From: Eledone cirrhosa
Taxonomy: Eukaryota
Assembly (NCBI GenBank): GCA_964016885.1
Contig: OZ024741.1
Span: forward strand, 396,118,001-396,182,000
DNA length: 64,000 bases
Direction: 5' to 3'
Shown here: positions 28,701 through 43,374 of the stretch, piece after piece
Numbering within the stretch: the first letter of the stretch is position 1
Layout: the number at the start of each line of letters is the position of its first letter
Program-made: the position numbers and the translations under genes
The notes under the pieces: model-generated
What the model was told of the DNA's origin: nothing
The model's input: only the letters and a program-made list of their open reading frames with translations
The model's database searches: none

Positions 28701-31700
28701 GGTCAAAGTGCATCAATCAGTCACACCACAAGGGTCAAAGTGCATCAATCAATCACACCACAAGAGTCAAAGTGCATCAATCAGTCACACCACAAGAGTC
28801 AAAGTGCATCAATCAGTCACACCACAAGGGTCAAATTCCTTCAATCAGTCACACCACAAGGGTCAAAGTGCATCAATCAGTCACACCACAAGAGTTAAAG
28901 TGCATCAATCAGTCACACCACAAGGGTCAAAGTGCATCAATCAGTCACACCACTAGGGTCAAAGTGCATCAATCAGTCACACCACAAGGGTCAAAGTGCA
29001 TCAATCAGTCACACCACAAGGGTCAAAGTGAATCAATCAGTCACACCACAAGGGTCAAAGTGTTTCAATAAGTCACACCACAAGGGTCAAATTCCTTCAA
29101 TCAGTCACACCACAAGGGTCAAAGTGCATCAATCAGTCACACCACAAGAGTCAAAGTGCTTCAATCAGTCACACCACAAGGGTCAAATTCCTTCAATCAG
29201 TCACACCACAAGGGTCAAATTCCTTCAATCAGTCACACCACAAGGGTCAAATTGCATCAATCAGTCACACCACAAGGGTCAAAGTGTTTCAATCAGTCAC
29301 ACCACAAGGGTCAAAGTGCATCAATCAGTCACACCACAAGAGTCAAAGTGCATCAATCAGTCACACCACAAGGGTCAAAGTGCATCAATCAGTCACACCA
29401 CAAGGGTCAAAGTGCATCAATCAGTCACACCACAAGGGTCAAAGTGCATCAATCAGTCACACCACAAGAGTCAAAGTGCATCAATCAGTCACACCACAAG
29501 GGTCAGATTCCTTCAATCAGTCACACCACAAGAGTCAAAGTGCATCAATCAGTCACACCACAAGGGTCAAAGTGCATCAATCAGTCACACCACAAGGGTC
29601 AAAGTGTTTCAATCAGTCACACCACAAGGGTCAAAGTGCATCAATCAGTCACACCACAAGGGTCAAAGTATTTCAATCAGTAACACCACAAGGGTCAAAG
29701 TGCATCAATCAGTCACACCACAAGAGTGAAAGTGCATCAATCAGTCACACCACAAGGGTCAAAGTGCATCAATCAGTCACACCACAAGGGTCAAATTCCT
29801 TCAATCAGTCACACCACAAGGGTCAAATTCCTTCAATCAGTCACACCACAAGGGTCAAATTGCATCAATCAGTCACACCACAAGGGTCAAAGTGTTTCAA
29901 TCAGTCACACCACAAGGGTCAAAGTGCATCAATCAGTCACACCACAAGGGTCAAAGTGTTTCAATTAGTCACACCACAAGGGTCAAAGTGAATCAATCAG
30001 TCACACCACAAGGGTCAAAGTGTTTCAATAAGTCACACCACAAGGGTCAAATTCCTTCAATCAGTCACACCACAAGGGTCAAAGTGCATCAATCAGTCAC
30101 ACCACAAGAGTCAAAGTGCTTCAATCAGTCACACCACAAGGGTCAAATTCCTTCAATCAGTCACACCACAAGGGTCAAATTCCTTCAATCAGTCACACCA
30201 CAAGGGTCAAATTGCATCAATCAGTCACACCACAAGGGTCAAAGTGTTTCAATCAGTCACACCACAAGGGTCAAAGTGCATCAATCAGCCACACCACAAG
30301 GGTCAAAGTGCATCAATCAGTCACACCACAAGAGTCAAAGTGCATCAATCAGTCACACCACAAGAGTCAAAGTGCATCAATCAGTGACACCACAAGGGTC
30401 AAAGTGCATCAATCAGTCACACCACAAGGGTCAAAGTGCATCAATCAGTCACACCACAAGGGTCAAAGTGCATCAATCAGTCACACCACAAGAGTCAAAG
30501 TGCATCAATCAGTCACACCACAAGAGTCAAAGTGCATCAATCAGTCATACCACAAGGGTCAAATTCCTTCAATCAGTCACACCACAAGGGTCAAAGTGCA
30601 TCAATCAGTCACACCACAAGGGTCAAAGTGCATCAATCAGTCACACCACAAGAGTCAAATTGCTTCAATCAGTCACACCACAAGGGTCAAATTCCTTCAA
30701 TCAGTCACACCACAAGAGTCAAAGTGCATCAATCAACCACACCACAAGGGTCAAAGTACATCAATCAGTCACACCACAAGGGTCAAAGTGCATCAATCAG
30801 TCACACCACAAGGGTCAAAGTGCATCAATCAGTCACACCACAAGGGTCAAAGTGTTTCAATCAGTCACACCACAAGGGTCAAAGTGCATCAATCAGTCAC
30901 ACCACAAGGGTCAAAGTGCATCAATCAGTCACACCACAAGAGTCAAAGTGCATCAATCAGTCACACCACAAGGGTCAAAGTGCATCAATCAGTCACACCA
31001 CAAGGGTCAAAGTGCATCAATCAGTCACACCACAAGAGTCAAAGTGCTTCAATCAGTCACACCACAAGGGTCAAATTCCTTCAATCAGTCACACCACAAG
31101 GGTCAAAGTGCATCAATCAGTCACACCACAAGGGTCAAAGTGCATCAATCAGTCACACCACAAGGGTCAAATTCCTTCAATCAGTCACACCACAAGGGTC
31201 AAAGTGCATCAATCAGTCACACCACAAGGGTCAAAGTGCATCAATCAGTCACACCACAAGGGTCAAAGTGCATCAATCAGTCACACCACAAGGGTCAAAG
31301 TGTTTCAATCAGTCACACCACAAGGGTCAAAGTGCATCAATCAGTCACACCACAAGGGTCAAAGTGCATCAATCAGTCACACCACAAGAGTCAAAGTGCA
31401 TCAATCAGTCACACCACAAGGGTCAAAGTGCATCAATCAGTCACACCACAAGGGTCAAAGTGCATCAATCAGTCACACCACAAGAGTCAAAGTGCATCAA
31501 TCAGTCACACCACAAGGGTCAAATTCCTTCAATCAGTCACACCACAAGGGTCAAAGTGCATCAATCAGTCACACCACAAGAGTCAAAGTGCATCAATCAG
31601 TCACACAACAAGGGTCAAAGTGCATCAATCAGCCACACCACAAGGGTCAAAGTGCATCAATCAGTCACACCACAAGGGTCAAAGTGCATCAATTAGTCAC

Positions 31701-32142
31701 ACCACAAGAGTCAAAGTGCATCAATCAGTCACACCACAAGGGTCAAAGTGCATCAATCAGTCACACCACAAGGGTCAAAGTGCATCAATCAGTCACACCA
31801 CAAGGGTCAAAGTGCATCAATCAGTCACACCACAAGGGTCAAAGTGCATCAATCAGTCACACCACAAGGGTCAAAGTGCATCAATCAGTCACACCACAAG
31901 GGTCAAATTCCTTCATTCAGTCACACCACAAGGGTCAAAGTGCATCAATCAGTCACAACACAAGTGTCAAAGTGCATCAATCAGACACACCACAAGGGTC
32001 AAAGTGCATCAATCAGTCACACCACAAGGGTCAAAGTGCATCACAGTCACACCACATGGGTCAAAGTGCATCAATCAGTCACACCACAAGGGTCAAAGTG
32101 CATCAATCAGTCACACCACAAGAGTCAAAGTGCATCAATCAG
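25761..32142 (+). repeat. Duplicated block 25761-28592 repeated at 29311-32142 (+3550 = 111x32-2)
   Basis: ORF ends pair as 26133/29683, 26179/29729, 26418/29968 and 28146/31696. Both copies carry GTATTTCAATCAGTAAC, GTTTCAATTAG and the 2-bp-deletion monomer. Confidence 0.88.
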
Positions 32143-34621
32143 TCACACCACAAGGGTCAAAGTGCATCAATCAGTCACACCACAAGAGTCAAAGTGCATC
32201 AATCAGTCACACCACAAGGGTCAAATTCCTTCAATCAGTCACACCACAAGGGTCAAAGTGCATCAATCAGTCACACCACAAGAGTCAAAGTGCATCAATC
32301 AGTCACACAACAAGGGTCAAAGTGCATCAATCAGCCACACCACAAGGGTCAAAGTGCATCAATCAGTCACACCACAAGGGTCAAAGTGCATCAATTAGTC
32401 ACACCACAAGAGTCAAAGTGCATCAATCAGTCACACCACAAGGGTCAAAGTGCATCAATCAGTCACACCACAAGTGTCAAAGTGCATCAATCAGACACAC
32501 CACAAGGGTCAAAGTGCATCAATCAGTCACACCACAAGGGTCAAAGTGCATCACAGTCACACCACATGGGTCAAAGTGCATCAATCAGTCACACCACAAG
32601 GGTCAAAGTGCATCAATTAGTCACACCACAAGAGTCAAATTGCTTCAATCAGTCACACCACAAGGGTCAAATTCCTTCAATCAGTCACACCACAAGAGTC
32701 AAAGTGCATCAATCAACCACACCACAAGGGTCAAAGTACATCAATCAGTCACACCACAAGGGTCAAAGTGCATCAATCAGTCACACCACAAGGGTCAAAG
32801 TGCATCAATCAGTCACACCACAAGGGTCAAAGTGTTTCAATCAGTCACACCACAAGGGTCAAAGTGCATCAATCAGTCACACCACAAGGGTCAAAGTGCA
32901 TCAATCAGTCACACCACAAGAGTCAAAGTGCATCAATCAGTCACACCACAAGGGTCAAAGTGCATCAATCAGTCACACCACAAGGGTCAAAGTGCATCAA
33001 TCAGTCACACCACAAGAGTCAAAGTGCTTCAATCAGTCACACCACAAGGGTCAAATTCCTTCAATCAGTCACACCACAAGGGTCAAAGTGCATCAATCAG
33101 TCACACCACAAGGGTCAAAGTGCATCAATCAGTCACACCACAAGGGTCAAATTCCTTCAATCAGTCACACCACAAGGGTCAAAGTGCATCAATCAGTCAC
33201 ACCACAAGGGTCAAAGTGCATCAATCAGTCACACCACAAGGGTCAAAGTGCATCAATCAGTCACACCACAAGGGTCAAAGTGTTTCAATCAGTCACACCA
33301 CAAGGGTCAAAGTGCATCAATCAGTCACACCACAAGGGTCAAAGTGCATCAATCAGTCACACCACAAGAGTCAAAGTGCATCAATCAGTCACACCACAAG
33401 GGTCAAAGTGCATCAATCAGTCACACCACAAGGGTCAAAGTGCATCAATCAGTCACACCACAAGAGTCAAAGTGCATCAATCAGTCACACCACAAGGGTC
33501 AAATTCCTTCAATCAGTCACACCACAAGGGTCAAAGTGCATCAATCAGTCACACCACAAGAGTCAAAGTGCATCAATCAGTCACACAACAAGGGTCAAAG
33601 TGCATCAATCAGCCACACCACAAGGGTCAAAGTGCATCAATCAGTCACACCACAAGGGTCAAAGTGCATCAATTAGTCACACCACAAGAGTCAAAGTGCA
33701 TCAATCAGTCACACCACAAGGGTCAAAGTGCATCAATCAGTCACACCACAAGGGTCAAAGTGCATCAATCAGTCACACCACAAGGGTCAAAGTGCATCAA
33801 TCAGTCACACCACAAGGGTCAAAGTGCATCAATCAGTCACACCACAAGGGTCAAAGTGCATCAATCAGTCACACCACAAGGGTCAAATTCCTTCATTCAG
33901 TCACACCACAAGGGTCAAAGTGCATCAATCAGTCACAACACAAGTGTCAAAGTGCATCAATCAGACACACCACAAGGGTCAAAGTGCATCAATCAGTCAC
34001 ACCACAAGGGTCAAAGTGCATCACAGTCACACCACATGGGTCAAAGTGCATCAATCAGTCACACCACAAGGGTCAAAGTGCATCAATCAGTCACACCACA
34101 AGAGTCAAAGTGCATCAATCAGTCACACCACAAGGGTCAAAGTGCATCAATCAGTCACACCACAAGAGTCAAAGTGCATCAATCAGTCACACCACAAGGG
34201 TCAAATTCCTTCAATCAGTCACACCACAAGGGTCAAAGTGCATCAATCAGTCACACCACAAGAGTCAAAGTGCATCAATCAGTCACACAACAAGGGTCAA
34301 AGTGCATCAATCAGCCACACCACAAGGGTCAAAGTGCATCAATCAGTCACACCACAAGGGTCAAAGTGCATCAATTAGTCACACCACAAGAGTCAAAGTG
34401 CATCAATCAGTCACACCACAAGGGTCAAAGTGCATCAATCAGTCACACCACAAGTGTCAAAGTGCATCAATCAGACACACCACAAGGGTCAAAGTGCATC
34501 AATCAGTCACACCACAAGGGTCAAAGTGCATCACAGTCACACCACATGGGTCAAAGTGCATCAATCAGTCACACCACAAGGGTCAAAGTGCATCAATTAG
34601 TCACACCACAAGAGTCAAATT
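30641..34621 (+). repeat. Apparently identical tandem duplication, 62-monomer unit (1980 bp = 62x32-4)
   Basis: ORFs 31748..32398 and 33728..34378 have identical translations, and stops 31696/33676 pair. Deletion monomers at ~32041/32551 recur at ~34021/34531. Confidence 0.9.
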
Positions 34622-37600
34622 CCTTCATTCAGTCACACCACAAGGGTCAAAGTGCATCAATCAGTCACACCACAAGTGTCAAAGTGCATCAATCAGACAC
34701 ACCACAAGGGTCAAAGTGCATCAATCATCACACCACAAGGGTCAAAGTGCATCACAGTCACACCACATGGGTCAAAGTGCATCAATCAGTCACACCACAA
34801 GGGTCAAAGTGCATCAATCAGTCACACCACAAGAGTCAAAGTGCATCAATCAGCCACACCACAAGGGTCAAAGTGCATCAATCAGTCACACCACAAGGGT
34901 CAAAGTGCATCAATCAGTCAGACCACAAGGGTCAAAGTGGATCAATCAGTCACACCACAAGGGTCAAAGTGCATCAATCAGTCACACCACAAGGGTCAAA
35001 GTGCATCAATCAGTCACACCACAAGAGTCAAAGTGCATCAATCAGTCACACCACAAGAGTCAAAGTGCATCAATCAGTCACACCACAAGGGTCAAATTCC
35101 TTCAATCAGTCACACCACAAGGGTCAAAGTGCATCAATCAGTCACACCACAAGAGTTAAAGTGCATCAATCAGTCACACCACAAGGGTCAAAGTGCATCA
35201 ATCAGTCACACCACTAGGGTCAAAGTGCATCAATCAGTCACACCACAAGAGTCAAAGTGCATCAATCAGTCACACCACAAGGGTCAAAGTGCATCAACCA
35301 GTCACACCACAAGAGTTAAAGTGCATCAATCAGTCACACCACAAGGGTCAAAGTGCATCAATCAGTCACACCACAAGGGTCAAAGTGCATCAATCAGTCA
35401 CACCACAAGGGTCAAAGTGCTTCAATCAGTCACACCACAAGGGTCAAAGTGCATCAATCAGTCACACTACAAGAGTCAAAGTGCATCAATCAGCCACACC
35501 ACAAGGGTCAAAGTGCATCAATCAGTCACACCACAAGGGTCAAAGTGCATCAATCAGCCACACCACAAGGGTCAAAGTGCATCAATCAGTCACACCACAA
35601 GGGTCAAAGTGCATCAATCAGTCACACCACAAGAGTCAAAGTGCATCAATCAGTCACACCACAAGGGTCAAAGTGCATCAACCAGTCACACCACAAGAGT
35701 TAAAGTGCATCAATCAGTCACACCACAAGGGTCAAAGTGCATCAATCAGTCACACCACAAGGGTCAAAGTGCATCAATCAGTCACACCACAAGGGTCAAA
35801 GTGCTTCAATCAGTCACACCACAAGGGTCAAAGTGCATCAATCAGTAACACCACAAGAGTCAAAGAGCATCAATCAGTCACACCACAAGGGTCAACGTGC
35901 ATCAATCAGTCACACCACAAGGGTCAAAGTGCATCAATCAGTCACACCACAAGGGTCAAAGTGCATCAATCAGTCACACCACAAGGGTCAAAGTGCATCA
36001 ATCAGCCACACCACAAGGGTCAAAGTGCATCAATCAGTCACACCACAAGAGTCAAAGTGCATCAATCAGCCACACCACAAGAGTCAAAGTGCATCAATCA
36101 GTGACACCACAAGGGTCAAAGTGCATCGATCAGTCACACCACAAGAGTCAAAGTGCATCAATCAGTTACACCACAAGAGTCAAAGTGCATCAATCAGTCA
36201 CACCACAAGGGTCAAAGTGCATCAATCAACCACACCACAAGGGTCAAAGTACATCAATCAGTCACACCACAAGAGTCAAAGTGCATCAATCAGTCACACC
36301 ACAAGGGTCAAATTCCTTTAATCAGTCACACCACAAGGGTCAAAGTGTTTCAATCAGTCACACCACAAGGGTCAAAGTGCATCAATCAGTCACACCACAA
36401 GAGTTAAAGTGCAACAATCAGTCACACCACAAGGGTCAAAGTGCATCAATCAGCCACACCACAAGGGTCAAAGTGCATCAATCAGTCACACCACAAGGGT
36501 CAAAGTGCATCAATCAGTCACACCACAAGGGTCAAAGTGCATCAATCAGTCACACCACAAGGGTCAAAGTGCATCAATCAGTCACACCACAAGAGTTAAA
36601 GTGCATCAATCAGTCACACCACAAGGGTCAAAGTGCATCAATCAGTCACACCACAAGGGTCAAAGTGCATCAATCAGTCACACCACAAGGGTCAAAGTGC
36701 TTCAATCAGTCACACCACAAGGGTGAAAGGACATCAATTGGTCACACCACAAAAGTCAAAGTGCATCAATCAGTCACACCACAAGAGTCAAAGTGCATCA
36801 ATCAGTCACACCACAAGGGTCAAAGTGCATCAATCAGTCACACCACAAGGGTCAAAGTGCATCAATCAGCCACACCACAAGGGTCAAAGTGCATCAATCA
36901 GTCACACCACAAGAATCAAAGTGCATCAATCAGCCACACCACAAGAGTCAAAGTGCATCAATCAGTTACACCACAAGAGTCAAAGTGCATCAATCAGTTA
37001 CACCACAAGAGTCAAAGTGCATCAATCAGTCACACCACAAGGGTGAAAGTGCAACAATCAGTTACACCACAAGAGTCAATGTGCATCAATCAGTTACACC
37101 ACAAGAGTCAAAGTGCATCAATCAGACACACCACAAGGGTCAAAGTGCATCAATCAGTTACACCACAAGAGTCAAAGTGCATCAATCAGTTACACCACAA
37201 GAGTCAAAGTGCATCAATCAGTCACACCACAAGAGTCAAAGTGCATCAATCAGTCACACCACAAGGGTCAAAGTGCATCAATCAGTCACACCACAAGGGT
37301 CAAAGTGCATCAATCAGTCACACCACAAGAGTCAAAATGCATCAATCAGTCACACCACAAGGGTCAAAGTGCATCAATCAGTCACACCACAAGGGTCAAA
37401 GTGCATCAATCAGTCACAACACAAGGGTCAAAGTGCATCAATCAGTCACACCACAAGAGTCAAAGTGCATCAATCAGTCACACCACAAGGGTCAGATTCC
37501 TTCAATCAGTCACACCACAAGAGTCAAAGTGCATCAATCAGTCACACCACAAGGGTCAAAGTGCATCAATCAGTCACACCACAAGGGTCAAAGTGTTTCA

Positions 37601-40600
37601 ATCAGTCACACCACAAGGGTCAAAGTGCATCAATCAGTCACACCACAAGGGTCAAAGTATTTCAATCAGTCACACCACAAGGGTCAAAGTGCATCAATCA
37701 GTCACACCACAAGAGTGAAAGTGCATCAATCAGTCACACCACAAGGGTCAAAGTGCATCAATCAGTCATACCACAAGGGTCAAATTCCTTCAATCAGTCA
37801 CACCACAAGGGTCAAATTCCTTCAATCAGTCACACCACAAGGGTCAAATTGCATCAATCAGTCACACCACAAGGGTCAAAGTGTTTCAATCAGTCACACC
37901 ACAAGGGTCAAAGTGCATCAATCAGTCACACCACAAGGGTCAAAGTGTTTCAATCAGTCACACCACAAGGGTCAAAGTGAATCAATCAGTCACACCACAA
38001 GGGTCAAAGTGTTTCAATAAGTCACACCACAAGGGTCAAATTCCTTCAATCAGTCACACCACAAGGGTCAAAGTGCATCAATCAGTCACACCACAAGAGT
38101 CAAAGTGCTTCAATCAGTCACACCACAAGGGTCAAATTCCTTCAATCAGTCACACCACAAGGGTCAAAGTGCATCAATCAGTCACACCACAAGGGGCAAA
38201 GTGCATCAATCAGCCACACCACAAGGGTCAAAGTGCATCAATCAGTCACACCACAAGAGTCAAAGTGCATCAATCAGTCACACCACAAGAGTCAAAGTGC
38301 ATCAATCAGTGACACCACAAGGGTCAAAGTGCATCAATCAGTCACACCACAAGGGTCAAAGTGCATCAATCAGTCACACCACAAGGGTCAAAGTGCATCA
38401 ATCAGTCACACCACAAGAGTCAAAGTGCATCAATCAGTCACACCACAGGAGTCAAAGTGCATCAATCAGTCATACCACAAGGGTCAAATTCCTTCAATCA
38501 GTCACACCACAAGGGTCAAAGTGCATCAATCAGTCACACCACAAGGGTCAAAGTGCATCAATCAGTCACACCACAAGAGTCAAATTGCTTCAATCAGTCA
38601 CACCACAAGGGTCAAATTCCTTTAATCAGTCACACCACAAGGGTCAAAGTGCATCAATCAGTCACACCACAAGGGTCAAAGTGATCAATCAGTCACACCA
38701 CAAGGGTCAAATTCCTTCAATCAGTCACACCACAAGGGTCAAAGTGCATCAATCAGTCACACCACAAGGGTCAAACTGCATCAATCAGTCACACCACAAG
38801 GGTCAAAGTGCATCAATCAGTCACACCACAAGGGTCAAAGTGCATCAATCAGTCACACCACAAGGGTCAAAGTGTTTCAATCAGTCACACCACAAGGGTC
38901 AAAGTGCATCAATCAGTCACACCACAAGGGTCAAAGTGCATCAATCAGTCACACCACAAGGGTCAAAGTGCATCAATCAGTCACACCACAAGGGTCAAAG
39001 TGCATCAATCAGTCACACCACAAGAGTCAAAGTGCATCAATCAGTCACACCACAAGGGTCAAATTCCTTCAATCAGTCACACCACAATAGTCAAAGTGCA
39101 TCAATCAGTCACACCACAAGGGTCAAAGTGCATCAATCAGTTACACCACAAGGGTCAAAGTGCATCAATCAGTCACACCACAAGGGTCAAATTCCTTCAA
39201 TCAGTCACACCACAAGGGTCAAAGTGCATCAGTCAGTCACACCGCAAGAGTCAAAGTGCATCAATCAGTCACACAACAAGGGTCAAAGTGCATCAATCAG
39301 CCACACCACAAGGGTCAAAGTGCATCAATCAGTCACACCACAAGGGTCAAAGTGCATCAATCAGTCACACCACAAGAGTCAAAGTGCATCATTCAGTCAC
39401 ACCACAAGGGTCAAAGTGCATCAATCAGTCACACCACAAGGGTCAAAGTGCATCAATCAGTCACACCACAAGGGTCAAAGTGCATCAATCAGTCACACCA
39501 CAAGGGTCAAAGTGCATCAATCAGTCACACCACAAGGGTCAAAGTGCATCAATCAGTCACACCACAAGGGTCAAATTCCTTCATTCAGTCACACCACAAG
39601 GGTCAAAGTGCATCAATCAGTCACACCACAAGTGTCAAAGTGCATCAATCAGACACACCACAAGGGTCAAAGTGCATCAATCAGTCACACCACAAGGGTC
39701 AAAGTGCATCACAGTCACACCACATGGGTCAAAGTGCATCAATCAGTCACACCAAAAGGGTCAAAGTGCATCAATCAGTCACACCACAAGAGTCAAAGTG
39801 CATCAATCAGCCACACCACAAGGGTCAAAGTGCATCAATCAGTCACACCACAAGGGTCAAAGTGCATCAATCAGTCAGACCACAAGGGTCAAAGTGGATC
39901 AGTCAGTCACACCACAAGGGTCAAAGTGCATCAATCAGTCACACCACAAGGGTCAAAGTGCATCAATCAGTCACACCACAAGAGTCAAAGTGCATCAATC
40001 AGTCACACCACAAGAGTCAAAGTGCATCAATCAGTCACACCACAAGGGTCAAATTCCTTCAATCAGTCACACCACAAGGGTCAAAGTGCATCAATCAGTC
40101 ACACCATAAGAGTTAAAATGCATCAATCAGTCACACCACAAGGGTCAAAGTGCATCAATCAGTCACACCTAGGGTCAAAGTGCATCAATCAGTCACACCA
40201 CAAGGGTCAAAGTGCATCAATCAGTCACACCACAAGGGTCAAAGTGCATCAATCAGTCACACCACAAGAGTCAAAGTGCATCAATCAGCCACACCACAAG
40301 GGTCAAAGTGCATCAATCAGTCACACCACAAGGGTCAAAGTGCATCAATCAGCCACACCACAAGGGTCAAAGTGCATCAATCAGTCACACCACAAGGGTC
40401 AAAGTGCATCAATCAGTCACACCACAAGAGTCAAAGTGCATCAATCAGTCACACCACAAGGGTCAAAGTGCATCAACCAGTCACACCACAAGAGTTAAAG
40501 TGCATCAATCAGTCACACCACAAGGGTCAAAGTGCATCAATCAGTCACACCACAAGGGTCAAAGTGCATCAATCAGTCACACCACAAGGGTCAAAGTGCT

Positions 40601-43374
40601 TCAATCAGTCACACCACAAGGGTGAAAGGACATCAATTGGTCACACCACAAGAGTCAAAGTGCATCAATCAGTCACACCACAAGGGTCAAAGTGCATCAA
40701 TCAGTCACACCACAAGGGTCAAAGTGCTTCAATCAGTCACACCACAAGGGTCAAAGTGCATCAATCAGTAACACCACAAGAGTCAAAGAGCATCAATCAG
40801 TCACACCACAAGGGTCAACGTGCATCAATCAGTCACACCACAAGGGTCAAAGTGCATCAATCAGTCACACCACAAGGGTCAAAGTGCATCAATCAGTCAC
40901 ACCACAAGGGTCAAAGTGCATCAATCAGCCACACCACAAGGGTCAAAGTGCATCAATCAGTCACACCACAAGAGTCAAAGTGCATCAATCAGCCTCACCA
41001 CAAGAGTCAAAGTGCATCAATAATTTACACCACAAGAGTCAAAGTGCATCAATCAGTCACACCACAAGAGTCAAAGTGCATCGATCAGTCACACCACAAG
41101 AGTCAAAGTGCATCAATCAGTTACACCACAAGAGTCAAAATGCATCAATCAGTCACACCACAAGGGTCAAAGTGCATCAATCAACCACACCACAAGGGTC
41201 AGAGTACATCAATCAGTCACACCACAAGAGTCAAAGTGCATCAATCAGTCACACCACAAGGGTCAAAGTGCATCAATCAGTTAAACCACAAGAGTCAAAG
41301 TGCATCAATCAGTTACACCACAAGAGTCAAAGTGCATCAATCAGTCACACCACAAGAGTCAAAGTGCATCAATCAATCACACCACAAGGGTCAAAGTGCA
41401 TCAATCAGTCACACCACAAGGGTCAAAGTGCATCAATCAGTCACACCACAAGAGTCAAAGTGCATCAATCAGTTACACCACAAGAGTCAAAGTGCATCAA
41501 TCAGTCACACCACAAGGGTCAATGTGCATCAATCAGTTACACCACAAGAGTCAATGTGCATCAATCAGTTACACCACAAGAGTCAAAGTGCATCAATCAG
41601 ACACACCACAATGGTCAAAGTGCATCAATCAGTTACACCACAAGAGTCAAAGTGCATCAATCAGTCACACCACAAGAGTCAAAGTGCATCAATCAGTCAC
41701 ACCACAAGGGTCAAAGTGCATCAATCAGTCACACCACAAGGGTCAAAGTGCATTAATCAGTCACACCACAAGAGTCAAAGTGCATCAATCAGTCACACCA
41801 CAAGGGTCAAAGTGCATCAATCAGTCACACCACAAGGGTCAAAGTGCATCAATCAGTCACACCACAAGGGTCAAAGTGCATCAATCAGTCACACCACAAG
41901 CGTCAAAGTGCATCAATCAGTCACACCACAAGGGTCAAATTCCTTCAATCAGTCACACCACAAGGGTCAAAGTGCATCAATCAGTCACACCACAAGAGTT
42001 AAAGTGCATCAATCAGTCACACCACAAGGGTCAAAGTGCATCAATCAGTCACAGCACTAGGGTCAAAGTGCATCAATCAGTCACACCACAAGGGTCAAAG
42101 TGCATCAATCAGTCACACCACAAGGGTCAAAGTGCATCAATCAGTCACACCACAAGAGTCAAAGTGCATCAATCAGCCACACCACAAGGGTCAAAGTGCA
42201 TCAATCAGTCACACCACAAGGGTCAAAGTGCATCAATCAGCCACACCACAAGTGTCAAAGTGCATCAATCAGTCACACCACAAGGATCAAAGTGCATCAA
42301 TCAGTCACACCACAAGAGTCAAAGTGCATCAATCAGTCAAACCACAAGGGTCAAAGTCGTTCAACCAGTCACACCACAAGAGTTAAAGTGCATCAATCAG
42401 TCACACCACAAGGGTCAAAGTGCATCAATCAGTCACACCACAAGGGTCAAAGTGCATCAATCAGTCACACCACAAGGGTCAAAGTGCTTCAATCAGTCAC
42501 ACCACAAGGGTGAAAGGACATCAATTGGTCACACCACAAGAGTCAAAGTGCATCAATCAGTCACACCACAAGGGTCAAAGTGCATCAATCAGTCACACCA
42601 CAAGGGTCAAAGTGCTTCAATCAGTCACACCACAAGGGTCAAAGTGCATCAATCAGTAACACAACAAGAGTCAAAGAGCATCAATCAGTCACACCACAAG
42701 GGTCAACGTGCATCAATCAGTCACACCACAAGGGTCATAGTGCATCAATCAGTCACACCACAAGGGTCAAAGTGCATCAATCAGTCACACCACAAGGGTC
42801 AAAGTGCATCAATCAGCCACACCACAAGGGTCAAAGTGCATCAATCAGTCACACCACAAGAGTCAAAGTGCATCAATCAGCCTCACCACAAGAGTCAAAG
42901 TGCATCAATCAGTTACACCACAAGAGTCAAAGTGCATCAATCAGTCACACCACAAGAGTCAAAGTGCATCGATCAGTCACACCACAAGAGTCAAAGTGCA
43001 TCAATCAGTTACACCACAAGAGTCAAAGTGCATCAATCAGTCACACCACAAGGGTCAAAGTGCATCAATCAACCACACCACAAGGGTCAAAGTACATCAA
43101 TCAGTCACACCACAAGAGTCAAAGTGCATCAATCAGTCACACCACAAGGGTCAAAGTGCATCAATCAGTCACACCACAAGAGTTAAAGTGCATCAATCAG
43201 TCACACCACAAGGGTCAAAGTGCATCAATCAGTCACAGCACTAGGGTCAAAGTGCATCAATCAGTCACACCACAAGGGTCAAAGTGCATCAATCAGTCAC
43301 ACCACAAGGGTCAAAGTGCATCAATCAGTCACACCACAAGAGTCAAAGTGCATCAATCAGCCACACCACAAGGG

